In this document: piece by piece, positions 10,987 through 20,416 of the stretch
Position numbering within the stretch: position 1 is the first letter of the stretch
Layout of the letters: the number at the start of each line of letters is the position of its first letter
Origin: Leptolyngbyaceae cyanobacterium
GTDB taxonomy: Bacteria; Cyanobacteriota; Cyanobacteriia; Phormidesmidales; Phormidesmidaceae
NCBI GenBank assembly: GCA_050331235.1
Contig: JBHJHA010000063.1
Span: 1-53,660 of the forward strand
DNA: 53,660 nucleotides
Direction: 5' to 3'
Notes under the pieces: generated by a model
Told to the model about the DNA's origin: nothing
The model's database searches: none
What the model saw: only the letters and a program-made list of their open reading frames with translations
Position numbers and translations under genes: made by a program

Positions 10987-11874
10987 ATGTCTCGTACCGC
11001 TACGGTTTCTGTGAATGACTGCACTTGGCCTTGGCAAGGCTTGCCAATTCGCTACCAAACAGCGGGGACAAGCGGTGCCCCCCTTCTCCTCATCCACGGG
11101 TTTGGGGCCTCCAGCGACCACTGGCGCAAAAATATTCCGGTACTGGCTGAGAGTCACCGAGTCTACGCGATCGATTTGCTAGGCTTTGGCAAATCGGTCA
11201 AACCGGCTCCGGGCGACCCAATGCCCTACACCTTTGAAACCTGGGGCCAGCTCGTGGTAGATTTTTGCCGCGACATGATCGGTGAGCCAGCGTTTCTGAT
11301 TGGCAACTCCATTGGCTGTATCGTCGCTCTTCAGGCCGCCGTTGACGCTCCCCAACAGGCCCGGGGAGTGGCGATGCTCGACTGCTCGCTACGGCTGCTC
11401 CACGATCGCAAACGAGCCACCCTGACATGGTACCGAGGGGCCCCCACCCCATTGTTTCAAGCATTACTCGGTTTACTCCCCCTGGGTCGCTTCTTCTTTT
11501 CGCGCTTAGCCCGACCCAAGTTCATTCGCAATGTGTTGCTCCAGGCCTACGGCCGCCAAGAGGCCGTCACCGATGAGCTGGTCGATCTCTTGATCGAGCC
11601 TTCCAAAGATGCGGGGGCAGCGGACGTTTTTCTTGCCTTTGTCCGATATTCCCAGGGTCCCCTGGCCGAAGACCTGCTGCCCCAAGTACAGTGCCCCGTC
11701 TTGGTCATCTGGGGAGCGGCGGACCCTTGGGAACCGATCGCACTTGGTCGTGCCTATGCCGATTATTCAGCGGTCGAAGACTTCATTGAATTAGCAGGTG
11801 TCGGTCACTGTCCACAAGATGAAGCGCCAGAGCTCGTCAACCCCGCCCTGCGAGACTGGGTAGCTCAGCACTGA
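10987..11874 (+). CDS. Alpha/beta fold hydrolase
   Basis: HGFGASSDHW, AIDLLGFG, GNSIG nucleophile elbow, GHCPQDE. Confidence 0.92.
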   Translation: MSRTATVSVNDCTWPWQGLPIRYQTAGTSGAPLLLIHGFGASSDHWRKNIPVLAESHRVYAIDLLGFGKSVKPAPGDPMPYTFETWGQLVVDFCRDMIGEPAFLIGNSIGCIVALQAAVDAPQQARGVAMLDCSLRLLHDRKRATLTWYRGAPTPLFQALLGLLPLGRFFFSRLARPKFIRNVLLQAYGRQEAVTDELVDLLIEPSKDAGAADVFLAFVRYSQGPLAEDLLPQVQCPVLVIWGAADPWEPIALGRAYADYSAVEDFIELAGVGHCPQDEAPELVNPALRDWVAQH

Positions 11875-11936
11875 CAGCCCTTGACCGCGGTTGCCGAGTC
11901 CCGGCAAACCTCTTTACCAAAGCCAGCAGACTAGCC

Positions 11937-12418
11937 ATGAAACATGTGACGCGCAGGATTTGTATGGGATTTGCGGTGGTGTCTTGGCGATCGCCCTGCC
12001 CCTCTTGGAACTGTCGCCGCGAACCACAATCGCTCAAGTTCCCGATTTGATCGAAAACAATTTGTTAGCTGAGCCCATACAGGTGGATCTGTAACTGGGG
12101 CGCAGTCTGCCTGATGGCAGTACAGTGTCCGATGAGGCGTTTACCGAATTTATCGACACCGAGATCACGCCTCGTTTTCCTGAAGGGTTGACGGTTTAGG
12201 CTGTCAGCGGCCGCTATCAAAACGCGAGTGGGGACGTGATCGCGGAACCTTCCAATGTGATTCGTCTGATCTTTTTAGACACCCGCACCAATGAAACGGC
12301 TTTACTCGAAGTGATCCAGGCTTACATTCGCACCTTTGACCAAGAAAGCGTCATGGTGCTGGTTGACGAAGATATCACCGTCGAGTTGGTGCCCAACCTG
12401 GCACCGATCGCAAACTGA
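11937..12418 (+). pseudogene. DUF3574 family protein interrupted by two in-frame stops
   Basis: One frame reads ...QVDL*(TAA 12092)LGRSLPDGSTVSDEAFTEFIDTEITPRFPEGLTV*(TAG 12197)AVSGRYQNASGDVIAEPS...FDQESV; ATG 11937 is out of frame. Confidence 0.78.
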
Positions 12419-12421
12419 GCC

Positions 12422-14584
12422 TTAGAAATACAGCAGCAGATTTAAACCCGGGATGGTGCGCGAAAATGTCCACAGTAGCAGCGTCACATAGGCCAGGCCT
12501 ACCCCCCATTGATACCAAACCAGGGCTGTGACGAGCCCCGGCACGTCTTCATCCCGCAGGCGCAGATCATTGAAGCCAAACTTAAACCAGTTATTCAGAC
12601 TGAAGTCGTAATAGTTCAGCCAGTTGCGGCGCTTGTGCCAATCGATGGGATAAAAGCGATCGCGGAAAAAAGGGAATTTGGGAATCACCGGCAACCGAGC
12701 AATCAATAGCCGCAACTGCCGAAAGCCCCCATCTTCGACCAAGTAGCTCGTTGTGAGCTGATCATGAAACCGTCCCTGCCGATACAGTAAGCCAGCCAAA
12801 AGCAGGGGAATCGGCAACGTCAGCAGAGTCATCGCCACCATGGTCAGCCAAGGCATATCTCCCAATCGCGTCAAAATGAGGACAGCCACACTTAACAAGA
12901 GGGCAAAGCTACCCAGCATCCACAGAGACTCTTCCCAGGAGGGAATGATCGGGGTAGGTACCTGCCGCCGATAGCGATCAACCCACCAAAACAAAAGACT
13001 CGACAGCGCGATCGCCAATAGCCCCACTCCCAATGTCAGCCCCAGGCTGGTGCCATAGTGACTCAGGAGTAGCAGCGCTGCCAACGCCAGCCAGCGCAAC
13101 CATAACTGCAACCGTTTGACCAATGACAGCGGCGGCTGGGCAATCAGGCGATCGCGAACTTTGACATAGGTTGACAGATCAAACCCCGCCACGTCCAAAA
13201 TATCGGACGCATTGATGAACTGGCTCTCCTGCCGCTGGGTCACAATCGTCTCCACCTGCGTCTTGGAAAATCCTAAAGCGGTCAGGCGACTCCGGGAGGC
13301 AGTATTGAGGTTGACATCAGTCAGCCGATGCTGGAGCGATCGCAGCCGCTGCCGCTCAGTCATATACTCAATCTGGTTGGCATCTTGCACCTGTTCCAAC
13401 TGCCGAAAATTACGGACTAAATTACGCAATAGCGTTTCATTGCCGGCTAAACTGGGCACCGATAACACTCGACCGATCTGTCCCGGACTGCCCAATAGCG
13501 CTCCCTGCTCACTGTTAAAATCGAGCCCTGAGATATTGATACGCGCATCCATTCCGAAGTCGGCGTCACCCAAGTCGAGCTGGCTTTGCACCGTCGCGCC
13601 CCTGAGGTTAGCCCCTTTTGCTAAACGACTCTGCCGAAAGCTGAGGGGAGCAGCAAAGCGCGCTTCGGTCAAAAACAGATCGCCTGCAAAGGTGCTCTTC
13701 AAAAAGGAACCGTTGCCCTGCCAGAGAGTTTTGCCAAAATCAGCATTTTTTTGAAAACTGGTGCGACTAAAGTTGGCCTGCTGCTGAAAAGTGACTTGAC
13801 CAAAACTTGCGCTTTCCGAAAACTCGCTGCTCTGAAAGTTAACGAGTCCTTGAAATTGGGCTTGGCCCAGCCGCAGGCGATCAAAAAACAACGCGCTACG
13901 AAACCATGCGCTTTGCTGAAACTGACACACCACCAAGGAGACCAAACCGCTAAACCGGCTCTCAGTAAAATTGACCGACTGTTGAAACTTGACCCCTTGC
14001 AGGTTGATTGGCCGCAAAAAAAAGATATCTGATCCCTGCACAGATCCCTCAAAGCGGGTCTGAGCCAGGTTAAGGCCGTTGCGAAATAGATAGATCCGCA
14101 GCGCTCTGGACTGGGGCTGTAGCAGGAGCGATCGCGATAGCTGGCTAAGTTGAGACAGGCGGCGGCGATCGCGCTTCAGTTGGATTTGCTCCGTCTCGGT
14201 CAATAAAGGAAAAAAAGCTTCTCCATAGAGCGGTTCACGCAGACTCAAGCGCTGCAAATCGAAATCGCCCTGCACCACGGACTCACTCAAATCGAGATTG
14301 AGGGTCGTATCACCCATCTGTAAACGACTTTGCAGGAGGGCATAGAAGCGATCACGAAATTCGCTGTTGTCATCCCGCAGGTCCAGGGTAATGCGCCGCA
14401 AATCGACCGTTGGCTTACCGTCGCGCACTACAGGGTTTTCTAATCGGGTTTGGAGATCGGCGATCGTTAACACCTCGAGTGAGGTAGTTGCCGCCCAGGC
14501 TGATCCCGGCTGGCTCAATCCCACAAAACCAGCCAGCACCACGCATAAAACCCCCTGCAGCCAACTGCGCACGTCCTCACCCAC
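12422..14584 (-). CDS. Pentapeptide-repeat protein with helix-hairpin-helix motif and C-terminal membrane domain
   Basis: Signal peptide; periodic xFxxx/xFxxxx repeats (e.g. ASFGQVTFQQQANFSRTSFQKNADF); VNLNTASRSRLTALGF ComEA-like HhH; several TM helices. Confidence 0.8.
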   Translation of the reverse strand: MGEDVRSWLQGVLCVVLAGFVGLSQPGSAWAATTSLEVLTIADLQTRLENPVVRDGKPTVDLRRITLDLRDDNSEFRDRFYALLQSRLQMGDTTLNLDLSESVVQGDFDLQRLSLREPLYGEAFFPLLTETEQIQLKRDRRRLSQLSQLSRSLLLQPQSRALRIYLFRNGLNLAQTRFEGSVQGSDIFFLRPINLQGVKFQQSVNFTESRFSGLVSLVVCQFQQSAWFRSALFFDRLRLGQAQFQGLVNFQSSEFSESASFGQVTFQQQANFSRTSFQKNADFGKTLWQGNGSFLKSTFAGDLFLTEARFAAPLSFRQSRLAKGANLRGATVQSQLDLGDADFGMDARINISGLDFNSEQGALLGSPGQIGRVLSVPSLAGNETLLRNLVRNFRQLEQVQDANQIEYMTERQRLRSLQHRLTDVNLNTASRSRLTALGFSKTQVETIVTQRQESQFINASDILDVAGFDLSTYVKVRDRLIAQPPLSLVKRLQLWLRWLALAALLLLSHYGTSLGLTLGVGLLAIALSSLLFWWVDRYRRQVPTPIIPSWEESLWMLGSFALLLSVAVLILTRLGDMPWLTMVAMTLLTLPIPLLLAGLLYRQGRFHDQLTTSYLVEDGGFRQLRLLIARLPVIPKFPFFRDRFYPIDWHKRRNWLNYYDFSLNNWFKFGFNDLRLRDEDVPGLVTALVWYQWGVGLAYVTLLLWTFSRTIPGLNLLLYF

Positions 14585-14722
14585 ACCTCATCAAGCCAGG
14601 GTAACTTGTTTTAGCTCAGTTAGACCGAGCCCCAGGCGCATTGAGACATGAACTTGATGACTCGGGTTACGCGCCCAGATGCCGTCGCTGGGAGTACTCT
14701 AAAAGGGCTTGCTCATCGCCGC

Positions 14723-14989
14723 TTAGGGTACGGCGAGCCCATAGCCAATAATTGAGCCAATGATGCCAAAGGCCCAGTATTCGGCATTCTTGGAAAATCT
14801 TTGCGACAGAATGATGTAGACCGACAGGAACAGCATCACCGCGAGAGGTACGGCAACGGCCCAAGTATCACTTGATAGAGCGATCTCGGCGGGGGAACCT
14901 GAGAACTCGGATGCCACTACGCCAAACAAGCTGGCAGACAGCAACACGCCAACAATCAGACTCAAAATCCTGCCATCCAGCTGCTCCAT
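14723..14989 (-). CDS. Small hypothetical membrane protein (3 TM)
   Basis: Three hydrophobic segments; ATG start; co-oriented with neighbours. Confidence 0.65.
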   Translation of the reverse strand: MEQLDGRILSLIVGVLLSASLFGVVASEFSGSPAEIALSSDTWAVAVPLAVMLFLSVYIILSQRFSKNAEYWAFGIIGSIIGYGLAVP

Positions 14990-15130
14990 AGGTTGGGGTT
15001 AATGTCTCACCGCGTGCCATCACCATACGCCGAAGCGGCCCAGCAAGTCCGTGATCGCTCCTCAGTCAGACTAGGCCGAGTGCAACAGAAATCACCGGAC
15101 TCTAGCCCCCGTACCACGGGGGCCTCTGCA

Positions 15131-15793
15131 CTAGCTCACCGCTAATCCTTCGGGGCGCTGCAGCCAAATGCCTCGGAGGCCCGCAGCTTTTGCACCTTCG
15201 TAATCGTCGGTGTAACTATCGCCCACATGCCACGCTTCCGTCGGATGACAGTTATGCTTTTCCAGAGCGGCTTTGAAAATCTCGACGCTGGGCTTAGCCG
15301 CGCCAACCTCAGTGGAAATCGTTACCGTCTTAAAAAAGTCAGCCAGGGCCAAAGCATCCAGTACGGTGTAAATGCGGGAGTCAAAGTTGGAGATAATGCC
15401 CAACTCAATATCTTTGGCCCGCCACCGCTCCAGGGAATGGTAAGCATCTGGGTAGACAATCCAAGGATCAGCCCCGGCAAAATAGGAATACAGCTCTGCA
15501 AAAAACGACTCAAAATTGTCAAAGGCTTTGTACTGGCCAATGTTCACAAACGTCTTTTGGGCGATCGCCTGCCACCATTCATACTCTTTTGCCGGAACCT
15601 GTGTAGGCTCTACCCCCGGAAACGCCATCGCCTCTTGTTCGCCAAAATGATGAAAAAAAGCCTTGTCCAGGGCGTCTGGGTCGGCCTCAACCCCCCAGCG
15701 CTTCGCCACGGTGGCATAGGCTTGCCCCACACTTCCATCAACGCCAAACAGCGTTCCGACGGCATCGACAAAGATAACTTTAGGTCTTTCCAT
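15131..15793 (-). CDS. HAD-IA family hydrolase (REG-2-like)
   Basis: IFVDAVGTL, ISNFD, AAKP, HVGDSYTDDYEGA motifs. Confidence 0.9.
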   Translation of the reverse strand: MERPKVIFVDAVGTLFGVDGSVGQAYATVAKRWGVEADPDALDKAFFHHFGEQEAMAFPGVEPTQVPAKEYEWWQAIAQKTFVNIGQYKAFDNFESFFAELYSYFAGADPWIVYPDAYHSLERWRAKDIELGIISNFDSRIYTVLDALALADFFKTVTISTEVGAAKPSVEIFKAALEKHNCHPTEAWHVGDSYTDDYEGAKAAGLRGIWLQRPEGLAVS

Positions 15794-15801
15794 AGCGATC
15801 G

Positions 15802-16995
15802 CTATACCGATAACAAGTCCCGCAGTGGCTGCTGAATCCAGTTCAACCCTACCCGCATCTGGTGGTTGACCGTAGGCATTCGATACAGATAGGTCAGCCG
15901 TCGGGCCACATGGGCTAAAGGCCCTTCCAACCGTAAGCCTAAGCCGGTCAGGGTGGCATTATCAATCCCGAGGGTCATCATTTCACCCAGATGCTGATAG
16001 CGGAAGGGCAGGAGGGGCCGATCACTCAAATCCGCCCAGATATTCCAACCGACGTAGTCAGCTTGTTGCAACGCTGACTGAGCCGTGTTGGGAACCTGCT
16101 GACCAGCGGCATCTCGACAGTCAGCCAAGTCGCCAAGGGCATAAATCTCAGGATGGTCGATGACCTGGAGGGTAGGCTGAACCTTGATTTGTTGTCGCTC
16201 GTTACGCGGGAGATCGAGGGCGTCGATCAAAGGGACCACCTTGGTTCCCACGGTCCATAAAACGATATCCACCGGCAACTCATCAGATTGTCCGCGATAG
16301 TTGAGGGTCAAGGTATCGCGGGTAACGGCCTCTACAGAGGTTTCCAAGTCAAGCCAGATGCCTCGTTGGGAGAGCGCATCGCGAGCTGCCTGACGATTAA
16401 AATCAGTGGACGTTTGCAAAATGTCATCGCCCCGCTCAATGAGTCGCACGCGACCACGACCGCCCAGCCGATCCGCCACTTTGCACGCCAGCTCTACCCC
16501 GCTGTATCCCCCCCCAACGATGGCCACTCGCACCTTTTCGGCATCGGCCGCTTCCAGATGGCGGAGGCGATCGCGCAGTCGATGGGCATCTTCAATCGCC
16601 CGAAAGGGAATCGCAAATTCAGCCGCTCCCGTCACGATATCCATCGGCGTTTCGCCGCCCACGGCAAGCACGAGTCGATCATAGGTGAGGGTTTCTCCGG
16701 TTCCCAATTGGACCTGCCGCTCAGGCTGGTTGACTGCCTCCACCTGGGTTTGGATGAACCGAATTTGTGTCCTTGACAGCAGCTCCACATACAGCGGCGC
16801 AATTTCCCACGTAGCCAGTTCCCCGGTTACGAGCTCATACAGTAAAGGCGCGAACAAAAAGCGATCGCGGGGATCAATTAAAACAATCTCGACTGGGTTA
16901 CTGGCGCTCCAAGGCAAAGAATTGAGCCGCAAGGCAGTATATAGCCCGCCAAAGCCACCGCCTAAAATACAAATTCGCTTTACTGACTCAGTCAT
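15802..16995 (-). CDS. ndbB: Type II NAD(P)H dehydrogenase family, NdbB/NDC1-like (demethylphylloquinone reductase candidate)
   Basis: GGGFGGLYTALRL, PLLYEL, GGGYSGVELACK, ALGDLA, AQSALQQA, PFRYQHLGEMM. Confidence 0.78.
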   Translation of the reverse strand: MTESVKRICILGGGFGGLYTALRLNSLPWSASNPVEIVLIDPRDRFLFAPLLYELVTGELATWEIAPLYVELLSRTQIRFIQTQVEAVNQPERQVQLGTGETLTYDRLVLAVGGETPMDIVTGAAEFAIPFRAIEDAHRLRDRLRHLEAADAEKVRVAIVGGGYSGVELACKVADRLGGRGRVRLIERGDDILQTSTDFNRQAARDALSQRGIWLDLETSVEAVTRDTLTLNYRGQSDELPVDIVLWTVGTKVVPLIDALDLPRNERQQIKVQPTLQVIDHPEIYALGDLADCRDAAGQQVPNTAQSALQQADYVGWNIWADLSDRPLLPFRYQHLGEMMTLGIDNATLTGLGLRLEGPLAHVARRLTYLYRMPTVNHQMRVGLNWIQQPLRDLLSV

Positions 16996-17225
16996 AACCA
17001 CCTAAGAAAAGCTACTGCCTATCTTTAAGATAGACGCCATCTGACGATCAGGGCACGGGCCAGCAAAATTGTCTCCATCCCTGCTGACACCCTAATCTCT
17101 GACTGCTATAGTGCGCCCCGCCGAGCCAACTCCAGCGATCCAGTTTCCCTAAAAATTTGTGAATCCTGCATTTTCTCGCAATTTTTCTGTGCCAAGGTCA
17201 AAGTGAAGATCGGCTAACTGAAACT

Positions 17226-18539
17226 GTGCGCACCATTGCCTATGCCTGGCTATCACCTTTAGATCCGACACCGCTCAATGAACAGCCTTGGCCACAAGCG
17301 GTGGATCAGCTTGTAGTTGATCGGTGCCCGTTTGACCAACCCCGGGCTGAACTCACAGCGCTTTTGCAGGCTAATCAGACCGCCGGTCCTATCCAGCTTT
17401 GGGTGCACGAAATTGGCGAGCTCGGTCCCACGCCGCAAGCAGTGTTCGCTGTCATTACCGCTTTAGAAGCGCAGGGAAGCCAAGTCATCACCGTCGATGA
17501 AAGTTACGTTTCGAGGCCAGAGGCCGCGATCGCCCATCCCACCACACTGCTTAACCTGGCATCAGTGGTCGAGCGGCAACATCGCAATCAACGGTTACGG
17601 GCAGGCCACGCGCGCAATCGCTTGCAATTGTTGCCACCACCAGGCCGCGCCCCCTACGGCTACCGCCGGGGACGCTATCGCTACGCCCTAGATAAAGCCA
17701 CAGCCCCCGTCGCAAAAGCCTTTTTTGAAAACTTCATTTTGTACGGCTCGATCCGGGGAGCCGCTCGCCATATTGAAAAAACCTACGGCAAAAAGATTGC
17801 CCCCGCGACAGCCCAGCGGTGGTTACAAAATCCGGCCTATCGCGGGGATTGCCAGTACAAAGATGGCCGTATCATCCGTGATACCCATACGCCCATCATT
17901 GATCGCGAAGAAGCTGCACAGGTCGATCGCTTGCTCCGGCGTAATCGCAAGTTGCCGCCCAAAACTGTCAGTGCTGCGCGATCGCTGGCCGGACTGGTCC
18001 AATGTGCCGACTGCCAAAGCCGATTGAAGGTCTCAAGGGTGACTCGGCCTCGGCAGTCCCAGGAGTACCTATACCTCAGACCCCAGCAGTGTCCTCTAGA
18101 GCGTCCCTGCCGGGCCTTAGATTACGACAGCGTATTGCAACAGACCATTCAATCCATTTGCCAGACCTTTCCCCAGGCGGTAGAGCGCTTCAGCGCACCG
18201 CCAGTCAAAATCATCAAACGCCACCTCCAAACTGAGATCCAACACAAAGAATCGATCTTGACAAAAATACCAGAGCTAAAAGAGCAGGGCGTCTTAGATG
18301 ACCCTAGCGCGGCCATGAGAATTTACAACCTCAAAAACGAAATCGCCACTCTGCAGCAGAAGATTTCGCAGCTGCCCCCCGACAATCTGCCAGAAATCGC
18401 CAAAACCATTGCCACTGAGGACTTTTGGCGGGGCCTGTCGGAATCCGAGAGACGAGTCTATCTCAGGGAGTTTATTCAATCTATCCAGATCAACCGGATA
18501 GGAGAAACTTGGAGCGTGAACATTCAGTTTGTAGTGTGA
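17226..18539 (+). CDS. Large serine recombinase-family protein with degenerate catalytic domain
   Basis: Recombinase domain (GRAPYGY, WLQNPAYRG, HTPIID), zinc ribbon LAGLVQCADC, coiled coil; catalytic YxRxS reads YAWLS and no DRxxR motif is visible. Confidence 0.8.
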   Translation: MRTIAYAWLSPLDPTPLNEQPWPQAVDQLVVDRCPFDQPRAELTALLQANQTAGPIQLWVHEIGELGPTPQAVFAVITALEAQGSQVITVDESYVSRPEAAIAHPTTLLNLASVVERQHRNQRLRAGHARNRLQLLPPPGRAPYGYRRGRYRYALDKATAPVAKAFFENFILYGSIRGAARHIEKTYGKKIAPATAQRWLQNPAYRGDCQYKDGRIIRDTHTPIIDREEAAQVDRLLRRNRKLPPKTVSAARSLAGLVQCADCQSRLKVSRVTRPRQSQEYLYLRPQQCPLERPCRALDYDSVLQQTIQSICQTFPQAVERFSAPPVKIIKRHLQTEIQHKESILTKIPELKEQGVLDDPSAAMRIYNLKNEIATLQQKISQLPPDNLPEIAKTIATEDFWRGLSESERRVYLREFIQSIQINRIGETWSVNIQFVV

Positions 18540-18559
18540 TGGGGCGATCGCCCTACCGT

Positions 18560-19411
18560 TCAATACATCACCGTGAGGCCATGAAACAGCAAGACCGTGA
18601 TGAAAAAGTCGACCACAAACAAACCTACCCAGGTCGTCACGACCGCCGAGGTAGCTGACCGCCCTAACCCCTTGCTACAGGTGGTTGTCAGGCCCCAGGT
18701 GCAGCCCGCCAGGGCAATCATCGCGCCAAAGATCAGCGCTTTGAGCAAAACTGCAATCAGGTCCATGGGCTCAAGCAACGTCTGCACCGAATCTAAAAAG
18801 ATGGTGCCCTGTACGCCGTAGAACAAATTGGCCGCAAACAAACCGCCGCCAACGCCCAAGACCAAACCCATCATAGTAAGCACGGGCAACATGACACAAC
18901 AGGCAACAACCCGGGGAACCACCAGATATTCAATCGGATCGGTTCGCAGAATCTTCAGCGCGTCAATCTGCTCAGTAATCTTCATACTTCCGATTTCGGC
19001 GGCAAAGGCTGAACCCACCTGACCGGCTAAAATAGCGGCCGTCAAAATTGGGGCTAGTTCACGGCAAAAACCCAAGGCAAACGCCCCACCTAATGCACTC
19101 ACCGCGCCAAAGCGAGCCATTTCCCTCGCCGTCTGAATCGAAAAAATCATGCCGGCAAATAAGTTAGTCATCAACACCGGCATTAAAGATCCGGGTCCGG
19201 CGTTTACCATGTGCTCCATAACCCGGTGCCGCTGCACTTTTCCTTTCAAAATTCGCATGAGCACCTGACCGCCCAAGATCAACCCCATGCCGATGTGAAA
19301 CATACAGGAGCGAGTGCCAACCCCACTGGCAGTAGACAAACGATCAACAGGAAAGCGTCGCGCCCCTAAGGGATAGCGACTAGCAGAACTGGGCTTAAAA
19401 GGGTTCAACAT
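18560..19411 (-). CDS. mlaE: MlaE/Ycf63-family lipid ABC transporter permease
   Basis: RELAPILTA, GQVGSAFAAEIGSMKITEQIDAL, DPIEYLVVPRVVA, TSAVV. Confidence 0.88.
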   Translation of the reverse strand: MLNPFKPSSASRYPLGARRFPVDRLSTASGVGTRSCMFHIGMGLILGGQVLMRILKGKVQRHRVMEHMVNAGPGSLMPVLMTNLFAGMIFSIQTAREMARFGAVSALGGAFALGFCRELAPILTAAILAGQVGSAFAAEIGSMKITEQIDALKILRTDPIEYLVVPRVVACCVMLPVLTMMGLVLGVGGGLFAANLFYGVQGTIFLDSVQTLLEPMDLIAVLLKALIFGAMIALAGCTWGLTTTCSKGLGRSATSAVVTTWVGLFVVDFFITVLLFHGLTVMY

Positions 19412-19615
19412 GTATGCACCTGGTTTTAATTAAAGTGCCTGGGAAAAGGAAGAAACGAACGGCAGCAATGGGGAATGCATTGCGGAACCTGACAATACGA
19501 TGGAGGTTGCGCCTGACACCAACCAGTGCAAAAGCCCCAAAAAGCAAAGGAAATAACGCGTAGATGCCGCAAGCTAGCAAAAAGCCCTCATTGACAATAA
19601 CTGGTGTTGTTATGC

Positions 19616-19643
19616 CGAAAGATTTCATTTAAGAAATCTTTCG
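19616..19643. promoter_or_regulatory. Perfect 11-bp inverted repeat (operator or hairpin)
   Basis: CGAAAGATTTC-ATTTAA-GAAATCTTTCG in intergenic DNA upstream of mlaE. Confidence 0.45.
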
Positions 19644-19833
19644 ACTTGTGGGAGTGAAATGGGTGCAACCGAGTGGATCCGCCGCCGACCGTTCAAGTGA
19701 GGCAGGCTGGATGACAGGATTACCGACAACGGCGGCAGAGGTTGTTCGGCAGGAACTATTCAGGCTTAAACGATTGCCTGAGGTGAGCCATAACGAATCC
19801 TGTAAGGGTAGCAGGACTCCCTGCCAGAGTCTT

Positions 19834-19947
19834 ATACCAATTCTCTGTAATAGCGCTACAGATTTGCAGATCCCCCGCTGTCGCTGCCCCCTTTAAGAAA
19901 GGGGCCTTGAAGAATCTATGTGTCGTCGTGATTCGCAAAAATAGTAT
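19834..19947. repeat. MITE-like dispersed repeat, copy 2
   Basis: Nearly identical to 9318-9430, same orientation. Confidence 0.8.
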
Positions 19948-20330
19948 TACTCCGGTTTGCCAAGCATGGACGAGAGGACACTCTGTTACGGCTCAGCCAC
20001 TCCATAACATGATATTGCCTGACAGACTGCTGACCCTGCCCAATCAATGAGACGCCACCGTACCCATCAAAGTTGCGATCGCGCCAGAGCGACCACTAAC
20101 GAAGGCTTCCAGGACCCATTAAATAGTTAAGCAGCAGAGCTGAGCAGATGGCCGCATCCTTGAGCAATCGCCAGTCCAACAAGAAAACATGGCTTATAGA
20201 GGTGAACCGACTGAATGCTGGAGCCTGCTTAGCCTGGGGCGACGATAGCGGCGGGGTAGCGATTACCGCTGGTCCACCTCTAGGAATTGGGGCACTCACT
20301 GAACAAATTGAAAAAAGTGCAGCAAAACCA

Positions 20331-20386
20331 TTGCAATCCTCCGCAAGTTTAGTACACTTGTATTACTTAATCAGTATATATGTACT
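20331..20386 (+). promoter_or_regulatory. Promoter overlapped by two tandem LexA-like boxes
   Basis: -35 TTGCAA (20331), -10 TACACT (20353); AGTACACTTGTATT (20351-20364) and AGTATATATGTACT (20373-20386) resemble cyanobacterial LexA consensus AGTAC-N4-GTACT. Confidence 0.6.
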
Positions 20387-20416
20387 GAAGCCTTGCCCCA
20401 GCGTTTGGTATGTCCT

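Noticed and set aside
17226..18539. Active integrase or excision element (xisF-like)
   Set aside because: Catalytic residues are degenerate, flanking genes are uninterrupted, and no att-like repeats were seen.
19395..20330. Short ORFs or a riboswitch in the long intergenic region
   Set aside because: No recognisable protein motif or complete riboswitch consensus by eye; an Rfam/Infernal scan would be needed.
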